A stretch of 32,000 nt of DNA from Candidatus Saccharimonadota bacterium (GTDB lineage Bacteria > Pseudomonadota > Gammaproteobacteria > Enterobacterales > Enterobacteriaceae): NCBI GenBank assembly GCA_041941795.1, contig CP145872.1:120001-152000 (forward strand), in the 5' to 3' direction. Position numbers and translations under genes: made by a program. A model generated the notes under the pieces. That model was not told the DNA's origin and did not search any database. It was given only the letters and a program-made list of their open reading frames with translations. Positions within the stretch are counted from its first letter, which is position 1; every line of letters starts with the position of its first letter. This document shows, piece by piece, positions 17,647 through 27,217 of this stretch.

Positions 17647-19500
17647 TTAAGATTTTTGATCTTGAGAATTTTTTTGAGTTGTCGTCTGTAACCAAGTAGG
17701 AATACGAACAGGTTTTCTGGACATTAAGTCCTCAATTTGTAATGCATCAATAGTTTCATATTTCATTAATGCGTCTTTCATAGCATGAAGAATATCTAAA
17801 TTTTCTGACAAAATTTTTCTTGCTCGGAGATGATTTTTATCAATTAATAATTTTATCTCCTCATCTATGATGCGTGCGGTGTCATCAGACAGATGTTTAG
17901 CTTTTGCTAACGACCGACCTAAAAATATTTCTTCTTCTTCCTCAGCATACAAGAGAGGGCCTAATTTTTCAGAAAATCCCCATTGTGTAACCATATTGCG
18001 TGCTAAAGTAGTGGCTATTTTTATGTCATTTGATGATCCTGTTGATACATGATGACTACCATAGATTAATTCTTCGGCTAAGCGTCCTCCATAGAGTGTC
18101 GAGATCTGACTTTCTAATTTTTCTCTACTTATACTAATAGAATCTCCTTCTGGTAAGAAAAAAGTGACTCCTAATGCTCGTCCTCTTGGAATAATAGTAA
18201 CTTTATGTACCGGATCATGTTCGGGAACTAAGCGTCCGATAATTGCATGTCCTGCTTCATGGTAAGCCGTAGACTCTTTTTGAGCTTCAGTCATAACCAT
18301 AGATCGACGTTCCGTTCCCATCAAAATTTTATCCTTTGCTTTTTCAAATTCTATCATGGATACTACACAACGATTATTACGAGCGGCAAATAATGCAGCT
18401 TCATTTACTAAATTAGCGAGATCTGCGCCTGAAAAACCCGGAGTACTTCGGGCAATAACTAAAATATCTATGTCCGATGATAATGGAACTCGACGCATAT
18501 GAACTTTTAAAATTTGCTCTCGACCTCGTACATCCGGTAAGCCTACTATAACTCGGCGATCAAATCGACCGGGTCGAAGGAGAGCAGGATCTAATACATC
18601 AGGTCTATTAGTAGCTGCAATTACTATGATGCCCTCTTGTCCTTCAAAACCATCCATCTCCACCAGCAGTTGATTGAGAGTTTGTTCGCGTTCATCATGT
18701 CCTCCTCCTAAGCCCGTTCCCCGTTGACGACCTACCGCATCAATTTCATCAATAAAAATAATAGAAGGAGCAGTGTTTTTTGCTTGTTTAAACATATCTC
18801 GTACTCTAGAAGCACCTACCCCAACAAATATTTCCACAAAATCAGATCCGGAAATAGTAAAAAAAGGTACTTGAGATTCTCCGGAAATAGCTTTAGCTAA
18901 TAAAGTTTTACCTGTCCCTGGGGGACCCACCATTAATACCCCTTTAGGTATCTTACCACCTAGTCTTTGAAATTTGCTGGGTTCACGTAAATATTCTACC
19001 AATTCCGCCACTTCTTCTTTTGCTTCATCACAGCCGGCCACATCTGCTAAGGTAATAGTAATTTGATCTTCAGATAACATCCGAGCCTTACTTTTTCCAA
19101 AAGACATGGCTCCTTTGCTACCTCCTTGCATTTGGCGTATAAAAAATATCCAGATCCCGATTAATACTACCATTGGAAACCAGGCTATAAAAATAGATGT
19201 TAGGATGCTAGGTTGTTCGGGTGGATCGCCTACAATTCTCACCTCATGGCTCAATAGATTCTTAAGGAGATGTGGATCATGAATTGGCATCCAAATTGAA
19301 TATTTATTCCTGTTCTTTTTTATAACTTTCAGTTCTCGTCCATTAATATGCACTTCACGTATTTTCCCTGTATTAACTTCGGTTATAAAGGTGGAGTAAT
19401 CGATCTTCTGTTTACTGTCCCGACTTAAATTTTGGAATAGTGACATCAATACTACTGCGATGACCATCCAGATAATTAGATTTTTAGCCATATAACTCAA
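17647..19500 (-). CDS. ftsH: ATP-dependent zinc metalloprotease FtsH
   Basis: The product has Walker A GPPGTGKT, Walker [10 protein letters not shown], the SRH, and the HEAGH zinc motif, and is colinear with E. coli FtsH. TTG at 19500 has AGGAGG 8 nt upstream. ATG at 19491 (MAKNLIIW) is the alternative start, 17 nt from that SD. Confidence 0.96.
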   Translation of the reverse strand: MSYMAKNLIIWMVIAVVLMSLFQNLSRDSKQKIDYSTFITEVNTGKIREVHINGRELKVIKKNRNKYSIWMPIHDPHLLKNLLSHEVRIVGDPPEQPSILTSIFIAWFPMVVLIGIWIFFIRQMQGGSKGAMSFGKSKARMLSEDQITITLADVAGCDEAKEEVAELVEYLREPSKFQRLGGKIPKGVLMVGPPGTGKTLLAKAISGESQVPFFTISGSDFVEIFVGVGASRVRDMFKQAKNTAPSIIFIDEIDAVGRQRGTGLGGGHDEREQTLNQLLVEMDGFEGQEGIIVIAATNRPDVLDPALLRPGRFDRRVIVGLPDVRGREQILKVHMRRVPLSSDIDILVIARSTPGFSGADLANLVNEAALFAARNNRCVVSMIEFEKAKDKILMGTERRSMVMTEAQKESTAYHEAGHAIIGRLVPEHDPVHKVTIIPRGRALGVTFFLPEGDSISISREKLESQISTLYGGRLAEELIYGSHHVSTGSSNDIKIATTLARNMVTQWGFSEKLGPLLYAEEEEEIFLGRSLAKAKHLSDDTARIIDEEIKLLIDKNHLRARKILSENLDILHAMKDALMKYETIDALQIEDLMSRKPVRIPTWLQTTTQKNSQDQKS

Positions 19501-19545
19501 AGAATTAGCCTCCTATGTTTACATAAATACAACAAAGAATCGAAG

Positions 19546-20181
19546 TTATCTATATTTTTTATATCCTGTTGCTATAATGTATATCTCTCGTGAATTTTTA
19601 CGTGAAGATTCTGGTTTTATAATTTTTAATTTATGGAATTGCTCACTAATCTTCTGGAGATATAGATCTAAACCCTCACCATGAAAAACCTTAACTAAAA
19701 AACTCCCTGTCACTACCAAAGTATCTCGACAGAGTTGTAAGGCAATTTCTGCTAAATCCATGGATCGAGGATGATCAGCGGTAGAAAACCCACTGAGATT
19801 TGGGGACATATCGGACATAACTACATTAACATTTTTATTACTAATGGTTTTCAAAAGAGTCTTACGTACATTGTGGTCTCGCACATCTCCTTGTATAAAT
19901 TCTACGCCAGATATAGGATCTATAGATAAAAGATCACATCCAATAACATTTCCTTTGGATCCAACTTTTTTTATGGCATATTGCGCCCATCCTCCTGGAG
20001 AAGATCCTAAATCCATAACCCTCATCTTTGGTTTTAATAACTTCTCATGCTTTTGGATTTCATCAAGTTTAAACCATGATCGTGAGCGAACTCCTATTTC
20101 GTGAGCTTTGCGTACATATGGATCATCAAAATATTTTTTTCTACCTCTAGAATAATGGCTATAATATCGTTTATTTTTCAT
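19546..20181 (-). CDS. rlmE: 23S rRNA (uridine2552-2'-O)-methyltransferase RlmE/FtsJ
   Basis: The 211 aa product contains RSRSWFKLDEI, DLGSSPGGW, VMSDMSPN and KVF.GEG, at the same length as E. coli RlmE. It sits directly upstream of ftsH. Confidence 0.95.
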   Translation of the reverse strand: MKNKRYYSHYSRGRKKYFDDPYVRKAHEIGVRSRSWFKLDEIQKHEKLLKPKMRVMDLGSSPGGWAQYAIKKVGSKGNVIGCDLLSIDPISGVEFIQGDVRDHNVRKTLLKTISNKNVNVVMSDMSPNLSGFSTADHPRSMDLAEIALQLCRDTLVVTGSFLVKVFHGEGLDLYLQKISEQFHKLKIIKPESSRKNSREIYIIATGYKKYR

Positions 20182-20212
20182 CTGATGTTATCTTTCCTCG
20201 ATTCATAAGATG

Positions 20213-20689
20213 CTAAACATATTCAACATTAGAAATATTATATATAATGTCTCCTTTAGGAGTTTTAATAATCACATTTTCATTTACTTCTTTTCCAATT
20301 AATCCCCGGGCCAGAGGTGAATTTAGCGAAATTAAATGATCCTTATGATCCGCTTCATCATCTCCTACGATACGATAACGATAAATTTTATTTTCTAATA
20401 TATTTAATAAAGTTATCGTAGAACCAAATACAACTCGATTACTTACCGGAATTTTAGTAATATCAATAATTTGCGCATTAGATAGTTTTGCTTCAATTTC
20501 TTTAATTCTTCCTTCACAAAAAGATTGCTGCTCCCGAGCCGCGTGATATTCAGCGTTTTCTTTAAGATCTCCATGATCCCTAGCTGCTGCCAGATCGGAA
20601 ATAATTTGGGGTCTCTTAATGTTTTTAAGATTAATGAGTTCCTCCCGTAATTTTTCTACCCCTCGTAGGGTCATAGGAAATCGTTTCAT
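20213..20689 (-). CDS. greA: Transcript cleavage factor GreA
   Basis: The 158 aa product contains [47 protein letters not shown] and [10 protein letters not shown], near-identical in pattern to E. coli GreA. Confidence 0.97.
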   Translation of the reverse strand: MKRFPMTLRGVEKLREELINLKNIKRPQIISDLAAARDHGDLKENAEYHAAREQQSFCEGRIKEIEAKLSNAQIIDITKIPVSNRVVFGSTITLLNILENKIYRYRIVGDDEADHKDHLISLNSPLARGLIGKEVNENVIIKTPKGDIIYNISNVEYV

Positions 20690-21026
20690 TGAAATACCTC
20701 TCTTGAAATTATTAGATTATAATTGGTTATTAAAACTTTTTATTTTATTAATATAATTTTTACATTCTTATAAACAGAAGAAGATTGCCTATCTTTATAT
20801 TAAGAATATAAATAAGGTATCTATCCTAAAAATATAATGAATGTTTAAAAACAAGAATTATCAAAATATCAATTACCTCTCAACAATAGATGACTGATTA
20901 ATCATAAATAATATTTTGAAGAGTCATAATCTTTACGTTAAAATAGTAGCTAATATATAATAGCAGGTAAATAAAGAAAGATACCAGATAGATATTTAAT
21001 GAAAATGAAGATTTCTGGGGGATTTT

Positions 21027-22892
21027 ATGAGTTATCAGGTATTAGCCAGCAAGTGGAGACCACAAGTTTTTGCAGATGTAGTAGGTCAAGAACATATTTT
21101 GACAGCTTTAACTAATAGTTTAAAATTAGGAAGACTCCATCACGCTTATATTTTTTCGGGCATGCGGGGTTTAGGAAAAACTTCTATTGCTCGTTTATTT
21201 GCAAAAGCACTAAATTGTGAAACCAGGATTGATGCTAATCCCTGTGGCAAATGCCTTAGTTGTATGGAAATTAGGCAGGGAACCTTTATCGATCTTATTG
21301 AAATTGATGCAGCTTCTCGTACGAGAGTGGAAGATATCCGAGAGTTAATAGACGATATTCAGTATCTACCTGTTCGGGGTTATTATAAAATTTACTTGAT
21401 TGATGAAGTACATATGTTATCTCGACATAGCTTTAATGCTTTGTTAAAGTCCCTCGAACAACCTCCTCCACATGTTAAATTTATATTGGCTACTACTGAT
21501 CCTCAAAAAATTCCTTTGACTATTATATCACGTTGTATGCAATTTCATCTAAAAATTTTAGATATTAATCTTATTGGTAAGCAACTAAAAAAAATTTTAA
21601 AGGCCGAAAAAATTGCTTTTGAAACTAGCGCATTATCCTTAATTTCAAAAGTCGCGGATGGAAGCATGCGGGATGCCTTGACTCTTACCGATCAAGCTAT
21701 TGTCTATAGTAATGGACATATTACCCTAAGTTCAGTAAATTCCATGCTGGGTTATTTAGATTCCGCCCAAATAGGAGAATTGATTGAAGCCTTTGCATAT
21801 ACGGAAGGCTCAAAAATTATGAAAGTATTAAATAAAATAGATACTTTACGCATTATAGATTGGGAATTTTTATTAGTAGAAATGTTAACTATGTTGCATC
21901 ATATTGCAATGGTACAATTGTTGCCAGAATACGTGACCAAACAACAGGAATATTTAAATCTTACAGCTCCTACAGTAAATATAATTCAATTGTTAGCCAA
22001 AACTTTATCACTTAAAGATACTCAAATATATTATGATATTTTGCTGAGGGGACGTGCAGATCTATTCTTAGCACCTAATAAAAAAATAGGAGTAGAAATG
22101 ACATTGCTGCGTGCTCTGACATTGCGTTTTCATTATAAGGAACATCCTATTATTTCTCCTAATACTGATGATTTACACAATAATCTTACTAAAGACAATC
22201 CTATACCCTACTCTGATTTTAACCTCAATGACTTGAAAGATAAGAAAATTAATCCTAATTTAAGTTGTGCCGATGATCCTATCAATCATTTACATTCAAA
22301 CCAAAAAATCTTAATGTGTAAGAAAAAAATTCTTGCGCCTCAACAACCTAAAAAAACATTATTAATACCACTACTAAACAAGGGTCTTTCCGAACCTCCT
22401 TCCAATTCGGATGATAAAACTGTCAAATTAGAAATTCCATTATCTAAAGTATTATTACCTATCCCAGGACTGAAAGATGAAATATCTGCTCAAATAAACG
22501 AAGAAGTGATATTGCAAGATTCATGGTCGGCTGAAATTACTAAAATAGCATTACCTAAGTTAGTAAAAGAAATTGCCTTAAATTCTTGGTGTGAACAAGA
22601 TAAAGATATTGTAGTATTACACCTTCGTTCTCGCAAACGTCATCTCAATAACTCGTCAGCCAGAATAATATTGACTAATGTGATAAGCAGACACAGAGAA
22701 CAACTTACTAAAGTGTATATAGTAGAAGATGATAATATCCATTTTAAAACTCCGTATGAGTTAATAAAAGAGATTTATAAAAAAAAAATTCAGAAAACAA
22801 TCAAAAAACTTGAACAAAATGGGCACATTTATATGTTATGTTGTACTTTTGACGCTAAGATTGATGCTAAAAGTCTTGTTTTAGACTCATAA
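21027..22892 (+). CDS. dnaX: DNA polymerase III subunit tau (possibly also gamma)
   Basis: The 621 aa product starts MSYQVLASKWRPQVFADVVGQEH and contains GMRGLGKTS, the zinc module C..C..C, DEVHMLS and SRC. The C-terminal tau-specific domains IV-V are recognisable (LPKLV..IALNSW, HLRS..RHLNN). Confidence 0.95.
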   Translation: MSYQVLASKWRPQVFADVVGQEHILTALTNSLKLGRLHHAYIFSGMRGLGKTSIARLFAKALNCETRIDANPCGKCLSCMEIRQGTFIDLIEIDAASRTRVEDIRELIDDIQYLPVRGYYKIYLIDEVHMLSRHSFNALLKSLEQPPPHVKFILATTDPQKIPLTIISRCMQFHLKILDINLIGKQLKKILKAEKIAFETSALSLISKVADGSMRDALTLTDQAIVYSNGHITLSSVNSMLGYLDSAQIGELIEAFAYTEGSKIMKVLNKIDTLRIIDWEFLLVEMLTMLHHIAMVQLLPEYVTKQQEYLNLTAPTVNIIQLLAKTLSLKDTQIYYDILLRGRADLFLAPNKKIGVEMTLLRALTLRFHYKEHPIISPNTDDLHNNLTKDNPIPYSDFNLNDLKDKKINPNLSCADDPINHLHSNQKILMCKKKILAPQQPKKTLLIPLLNKGLSEPPSNSDDKTVKLEIPLSKVLLPIPGLKDEISAQINEEVILQDSWSAEITKIALPKLVKEIALNSWCEQDKDIVVLHLRSRKRHLNNSSARIILTNVISRHREQLTKVYIVEDDNIHFKTPYELIKEIYKKKIQKTIKKLEQNGHIYMLCCTFDAKIDAKSLVLDS

Positions 22893-23132
22893 GATATGAT
22901 ATATAATTTGGATATAGCTCCATGTGGGAGGTATAAAAATCCATATATATATGTTCAAAACACTGTACATTACATCTGTAAGAAAAATCCTTAATATTAA
23001 GAAAACAAGTAATGATGGAGTAATATGATCAAAAGAATTCTAAATTGAATCCTAACTTGTTGTGTAATAAGTCTAATTAATTACAGGTGGATTACAAGCA
23101 AAAAAATATTAGGATCTTTAATATTTATTAGC

Positions 23133-23159
23133 TTGAAATAAAGGGGATTATTTTATAAT
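23133..23159 (+). promoter_or_regulatory. Candidate htpG promoter: heat-shock-type -35 (GCTTGAAA) paired with a TATAAT -10 instead of CCCCAT
   Basis: TTGAAA at 23133-23138, a 15-nt spacer, then TATAAT at 23154-23159. At the 14-nt spacing expected for sigma-32 the sequence is TTATAATA rather than CCCCATNT. It lies 167 nt upstream of the htpG ATG. Pattern evidence only. Confidence 0.25.
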
Positions 23160-23325
23160 AAATAACTAACATAAATAAAAAATCACGGTATTTATTTAGA
23201 GTTTATTTTATATGTTAAGCTCTCTCTAATTAGAGGATCTAGATTAGTTATTGTATTAGATATAATTATATAATAAGGTTATGATCAGAACCTATAATAT
23301 GTAGGTGATATGAGGAATCAGAATT

Positions 23326-25218
23326 ATGAAAAAAAGAGAACTTCGTGTGTTTCAGTCTGAAGTTAAACAGCTTCTCCATTTAATGATCCATTCTCTTTAT
23401 TCCAATAAGGAAATTTTTTTGCGAGAATTAATTTCTAATGCTTCTGATGCTGCTGATAAGTTACGTTTTAGTAGTCTTACGGACTCGACCATCTATGATG
23501 GAGAAACTAATATTCATGTCCGAATTTCTATAAATAAAGAAAATAGAACTTTAACTTTTGATGATAATGGAATTGGCATGCGTCGTCAGGAAGTTATTGA
23601 TCAATTAGGAACCATAGCTCAGTCGGGCACAAAATCTTTTCTTAAAGCTTTAGATTCGGAAAAACTGGATCCCAATTTAATTGGGCAATTTGGAGTAGGG
23701 TTCTATTCTGCCTTTATAGTAGCTGATAAAGTGACTCTGCGAACACGCGCAGCAGGTGCTGCAGCCGAAGAAGGAGTCTTTTGGGAATCTCAGGGAGAAG
23801 GAGACTATACTATAGGAGATATCATCAAAAAAAATCGAGGAACTGAAATTATTCTTCATTTACGAGCCACTGAAAATGAGTTTCTTGAAAACTTTAAACT
23901 ACGCAGTCTTATTAAAAAATATTCGGATCATATTTCTCTACCGGTAGAAATGAAATCTGATAAAACATCATCAGAGTCCTCCCGTAATATTTGGGAACAA
24001 GTTAACCGAGGTCAAGCATTATGGACCCGTCATAAGTCAGAAATTAGTGAAGAGGAATATAAATCATTTTATAAACATATAACGCATGATGTGAACGATC
24101 CTCTAATATGGAGTCACAATAGAGTAGAAGGAAATCAAGAGTATACAAGTTTGCTTTATATTCCGTCCCGGGTTCCCTGGAATATGTGGACTAGAGATTA
24201 TCAAGCAGGCCTCAAATTATATGTTAAACAAGTATATATTAGGGATGATGTTGAACAATTGGTACCTAACTATCTGCGATTTATTCGAGGTTTAATTGAT
24301 GCTGATAATCTTCCTTTAAATATTTCTCGGGAAATTTTACAAGACCACCGAATTACGAAAAATTTACGGATAGCTTTAACTAAACGTATTTTCCAGATGC
24401 TCCAAAAATTATCGGAAGATAAAAAACAATATCAGAAATTTTGGAACTTATTTGGTCTGGTATTGAAAGAAGGTCCTGCAGAAGATCCTAATAATATCCA
24501 TAATATAGCACAATTACTTCGGTTTACGACTACTAGGAGTTCCAGTCCAGCACCAACAATATCATTGAAAGAATATGTTAATAGAATGCATGCCGACCAG
24601 GAAAAAATTTTCTATCTAACGGCTGATAGTTATAGCGGGGCAAAAAATAGTCCCCATCTAGAGCTATTTCGTAATCAAGGTATAGAAGTATTATTACTTA
24701 CCAATCGTATTGACGAATGGATGATGAATTACTTAACCAATTTTGAAGAAAAGTCATTTCATTTAGTTAGTAAGGAAGATGAATCTATTAATAAATTAAT
24801 AGATCAAGATAAACAGCGACTTATAAAAAATATCAATAACAAAGATCTGCAACCTTTTTTAGAAAGAGTTAAAAAAGTATTAAGTAACAGAGTAAAAGAT
24901 GTCCGATTAACTTACCGCATTAGAGAGTATCCGGCTATTGTTACTACAGACTCTCAAGATATGAGTACTCAAATGAATAAACTCTTGGCGGCAGCAGGAC
25001 AAGAAGTATCTGAAATTAAATATTGGTTTGAATTGAATCCCGAACATAAATTAGTAAAAATAGCTGCTAATATAAAAAATGAAAACTTATTTGAGGATTT
25101 GATAAATTTACTATTCGATCAAGCTCTTCTTACGGAAAGAGGCACTTTAGAAGATCTAAATATTTTTATTATCCGTATGAATAATTTACTGACGAAAATC
25201 CCGTTGGTAGCAGAATAA
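23326..25218 (+). CDS. htpG: Molecular chaperone HtpG (Hsp90)
   Basis: The 630 aa product contains [45 protein letters not shown] and NISREILQ, and is colinear with E. coli HtpG. Confidence 0.97.
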   Translation: MKKRELRVFQSEVKQLLHLMIHSLYSNKEIFLRELISNASDAADKLRFSSLTDSTIYDGETNIHVRISINKENRTLTFDDNGIGMRRQEVIDQLGTIAQSGTKSFLKALDSEKLDPNLIGQFGVGFYSAFIVADKVTLRTRAAGAAAEEGVFWESQGEGDYTIGDIIKKNRGTEIILHLRATENEFLENFKLRSLIKKYSDHISLPVEMKSDKTSSESSRNIWEQVNRGQALWTRHKSEISEEEYKSFYKHITHDVNDPLIWSHNRVEGNQEYTSLLYIPSRVPWNMWTRDYQAGLKLYVKQVYIRDDVEQLVPNYLRFIRGLIDADNLPLNISREILQDHRITKNLRIALTKRIFQMLQKLSEDKKQYQKFWNLFGLVLKEGPAEDPNNIHNIAQLLRFTTTRSSSPAPTISLKEYVNRMHADQEKIFYLTADSYSGAKNSPHLELFRNQGIEVLLLTNRIDEWMMNYLTNFEEKSFHLVSKEDESINKLIDQDKQRLIKNINNKDLQPFLERVKKVLSNRVKDVRLTYRIREYPAIVTTDSQDMSTQMNKLLAAAGQEVSEIKYWFELNPEHKLVKIAANIKNENLFEDLINLLFDQALLTERGTLEDLNIFIIRMNNLLTKIPLVAE

Positions 25219-25229
25219 TGAATTATTAA

Positions 25230-25892
25230 ATGCGTATTATTCTACTCGGTCCTCCAGGTGTGGGCAAAGGAACTCAGGCACAATTGATTAGTAAAAAATT
25301 TAAAATTCCCACAATTTCTACTGGCGACATTTTAAGATATTTTGCGACGATAGATTCCTGCCGAAGCAGGCAAATCAAAAATTTTATGAACTCCGGAAAA
25401 TTAATTAACGATGATATCGTCATTCAAATGGTTAAACAACGTCTTTATCAAGATGATTGTAGGAATGGTTTTTTATTAGATGGTTTTCCTCGCACCTTGC
25501 TCCAAGCAGAAGCTATAAAAGAAACTGGATTAATAATAGATTATGTATTGGAATTGGTAGTTCCCGTTCACATTTTAATTAAACGGTTATTAGGACGAAA
25601 AGTACATTTAACTTCCGGGAGAATTTATCATGATAAATTTAATCCTCCTCAAATAGAAGGAAAAGATGATATTACCGGAGAAGATTTGATAATTCGTTCT
25701 GATGATCATGAACATATAATCCGTCAACGTTTAAGTGAATACTCTCACCAAACGGAAGCTTTAATACTACACTATAAGAAAGAAGCGGCTCAAGGATTCA
25801 CTAGTTATTATCAAATAGATTGTAGTGCTAAAATTTTAGACATTCATTCAACACTAGTAAAAATACTTAATAATCTTTCCTCAAAGATATAA
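25230..25892 (+). CDS. adk: Adenylate kinase
   Basis: The 220 aa product starts MRIILLGPPGVGKGTQA and contains ISTGDILR, GFLLDGFPRT and the LID segment GRIYH.KFNPP. It lies 11 nt after htpG, as in the E. coli htpG-adk arrangement. Confidence 0.96.
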   Translation: MRIILLGPPGVGKGTQAQLISKKFKIPTISTGDILRYFATIDSCRSRQIKNFMNSGKLINDDIVIQMVKQRLYQDDCRNGFLLDGFPRTLLQAEAIKETGLIIDYVLELVVPVHILIKRLLGRKVHLTSGRIYHDKFNPPQIEGKDDITGEDLIIRSDDHEHIIRQRLSEYSHQTEALILHYKKEAAQGFTSYYQIDCSAKILDIHSTLVKILNNLSSKI

Positions 25893-25922
25893 ATTGGTTG
25901 TGAGTAATAATGACATCGAAGT

Positions 25923-26822
25923 TTAATTTTTGGGGATATTGTTAAGTAATGCAGCAATACCGGCAATAGAGGATACTAGAGTGTTAGTCTCTAATGGTAG
26001 TAGTAATACTTTACTGTTCTCTGATGTTCCAATACTTTGTAACGCCTCGGTGTATTTTTGCGCAATAAAATAATTGACTGCCTGAATATTACCCATAGCG
26101 ATTGCATCTGAGACTATCTTAGTAGCATGTGCTTCTGCTTCGGCTGCACGTTCTCGTGCTTCTGCATGTAAAAATGCAGCTTGTCGCTCTCCTTCCGACT
26201 TTAATATTTGAGCTTGTTTTTCACCTTCGGCACGTAAGATGGCAGCTTGTCGCACTCCTTCTGCTTCTAGAATTTCAGCTCTTTTTGTTCGCTCTGCTTT
26301 CATTTGTACATTCATAGATTCAATTAGTTCTGCTGGGGGACGAACATCACGAATTTCAACTCTAGTCACTTTTATCCCCCAGGGATTAGTAGCTTCATCT
26401 ATTATATATAATAATCTAGTATTAATTCGTTCTCTCTGAGACAGCATTTCATCTAGTTCCATTCCACCTAATACAGTACGAATACTGGTCATAGTGAGAT
26501 TAACAATTGCTAGATCTAGATTACTTACTTCATATGCTGCTTGAACGGCTTGGATTACTTGAATAAAACATATAGCATCAATAGTTACATTAGCATTATC
26601 TTTGGATATTACTTCTTGTGAGGGAATATCAATAACCTGCTCCATCATATTCAATTTCCGTCCTGCACGATCGATAAATGGAATAACTATATTCAATCCT
26701 GGATTTAAAGTTTTCGTGTATCGGCCAAATCTTTCTACAGTCCATTGATATCCTTGGGGGACAATTTTAATTCCATTGCCGAGAATAAAAATCATTAATA
26801 ATATGATACTCACAATCATCAT
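25923..26822 (-). CDS. qmcA: SPFH/band-7 (stomatin-like) membrane protein QmcA (YbbK)
   Basis: The 299 aa product contains [57 protein letters not shown] and an Ala/Glu-rich coiled coil. It is nearly colinear with E. coli QmcA. Confidence 0.92.
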   Translation of the reverse strand: MMIVSIILLMIFILGNGIKIVPQGYQWTVERFGRYTKTLNPGLNIVIPFIDRAGRKLNMMEQVIDIPSQEVISKDNANVTIDAICFIQVIQAVQAAYEVSNLDLAIVNLTMTSIRTVLGGMELDEMLSQRERINTRLLYIIDEATNPWGIKVTRVEIRDVRPPAELIESMNVQMKAERTKRAEILEAEGVRQAAILRAEGEKQAQILKSEGERQAAFLHAEARERAAEAEAHATKIVSDAIAMGNIQAVNYFIAQKYTEALQSIGTSENSKVLLLPLETNTLVSSIAGIAALLNNIPKN

Positions 26823-27094
26823 TATATTATACTACTTCTAGTTAAGTATTATATATTATTAATATAATATAGATCTTTAAAGAAAGATATTTTTATTAGT
26901 TATAGTTAACTAAAAATTTTAGTTGTTCTAATATAGATAGAATTAGTGATCTTTAAAAAGATAATAAAATATGTTAGAGAGAATCATAACCTAACTAGAT
27001 TACTAATCTAGTTAAAGATGATCTCTTCTAATTGAGAAAATTTAGAGAAAAAATTATCAACTAAATGGAAGGTAGTTTAGACTCATGATCATCT

Positions 27095-27115
27095 GAATCC
27101 AATTCTATTGGATTC
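27095..27115. repeat. Perfect 9-bp-stem hairpin (GAATCCAAT-TCT-ATTGGATTC) in the cysS upstream region
   Basis: Read directly: 27095-27103 is the exact reverse complement of 27107-27115. Further GATTC/GAATC copies occur at 27153, 27161 and 27168. Confidence 0.8.
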
Positions 27116-27217
27116 GCTATTTATTAGCCCGAAATTTATAACATTAATAATAGATTCATCGAATCCTGATTCGTTTGGTAACTCTCCTTTTTTTGGATAT
27201 ATAAGTAATGGTTAAAA

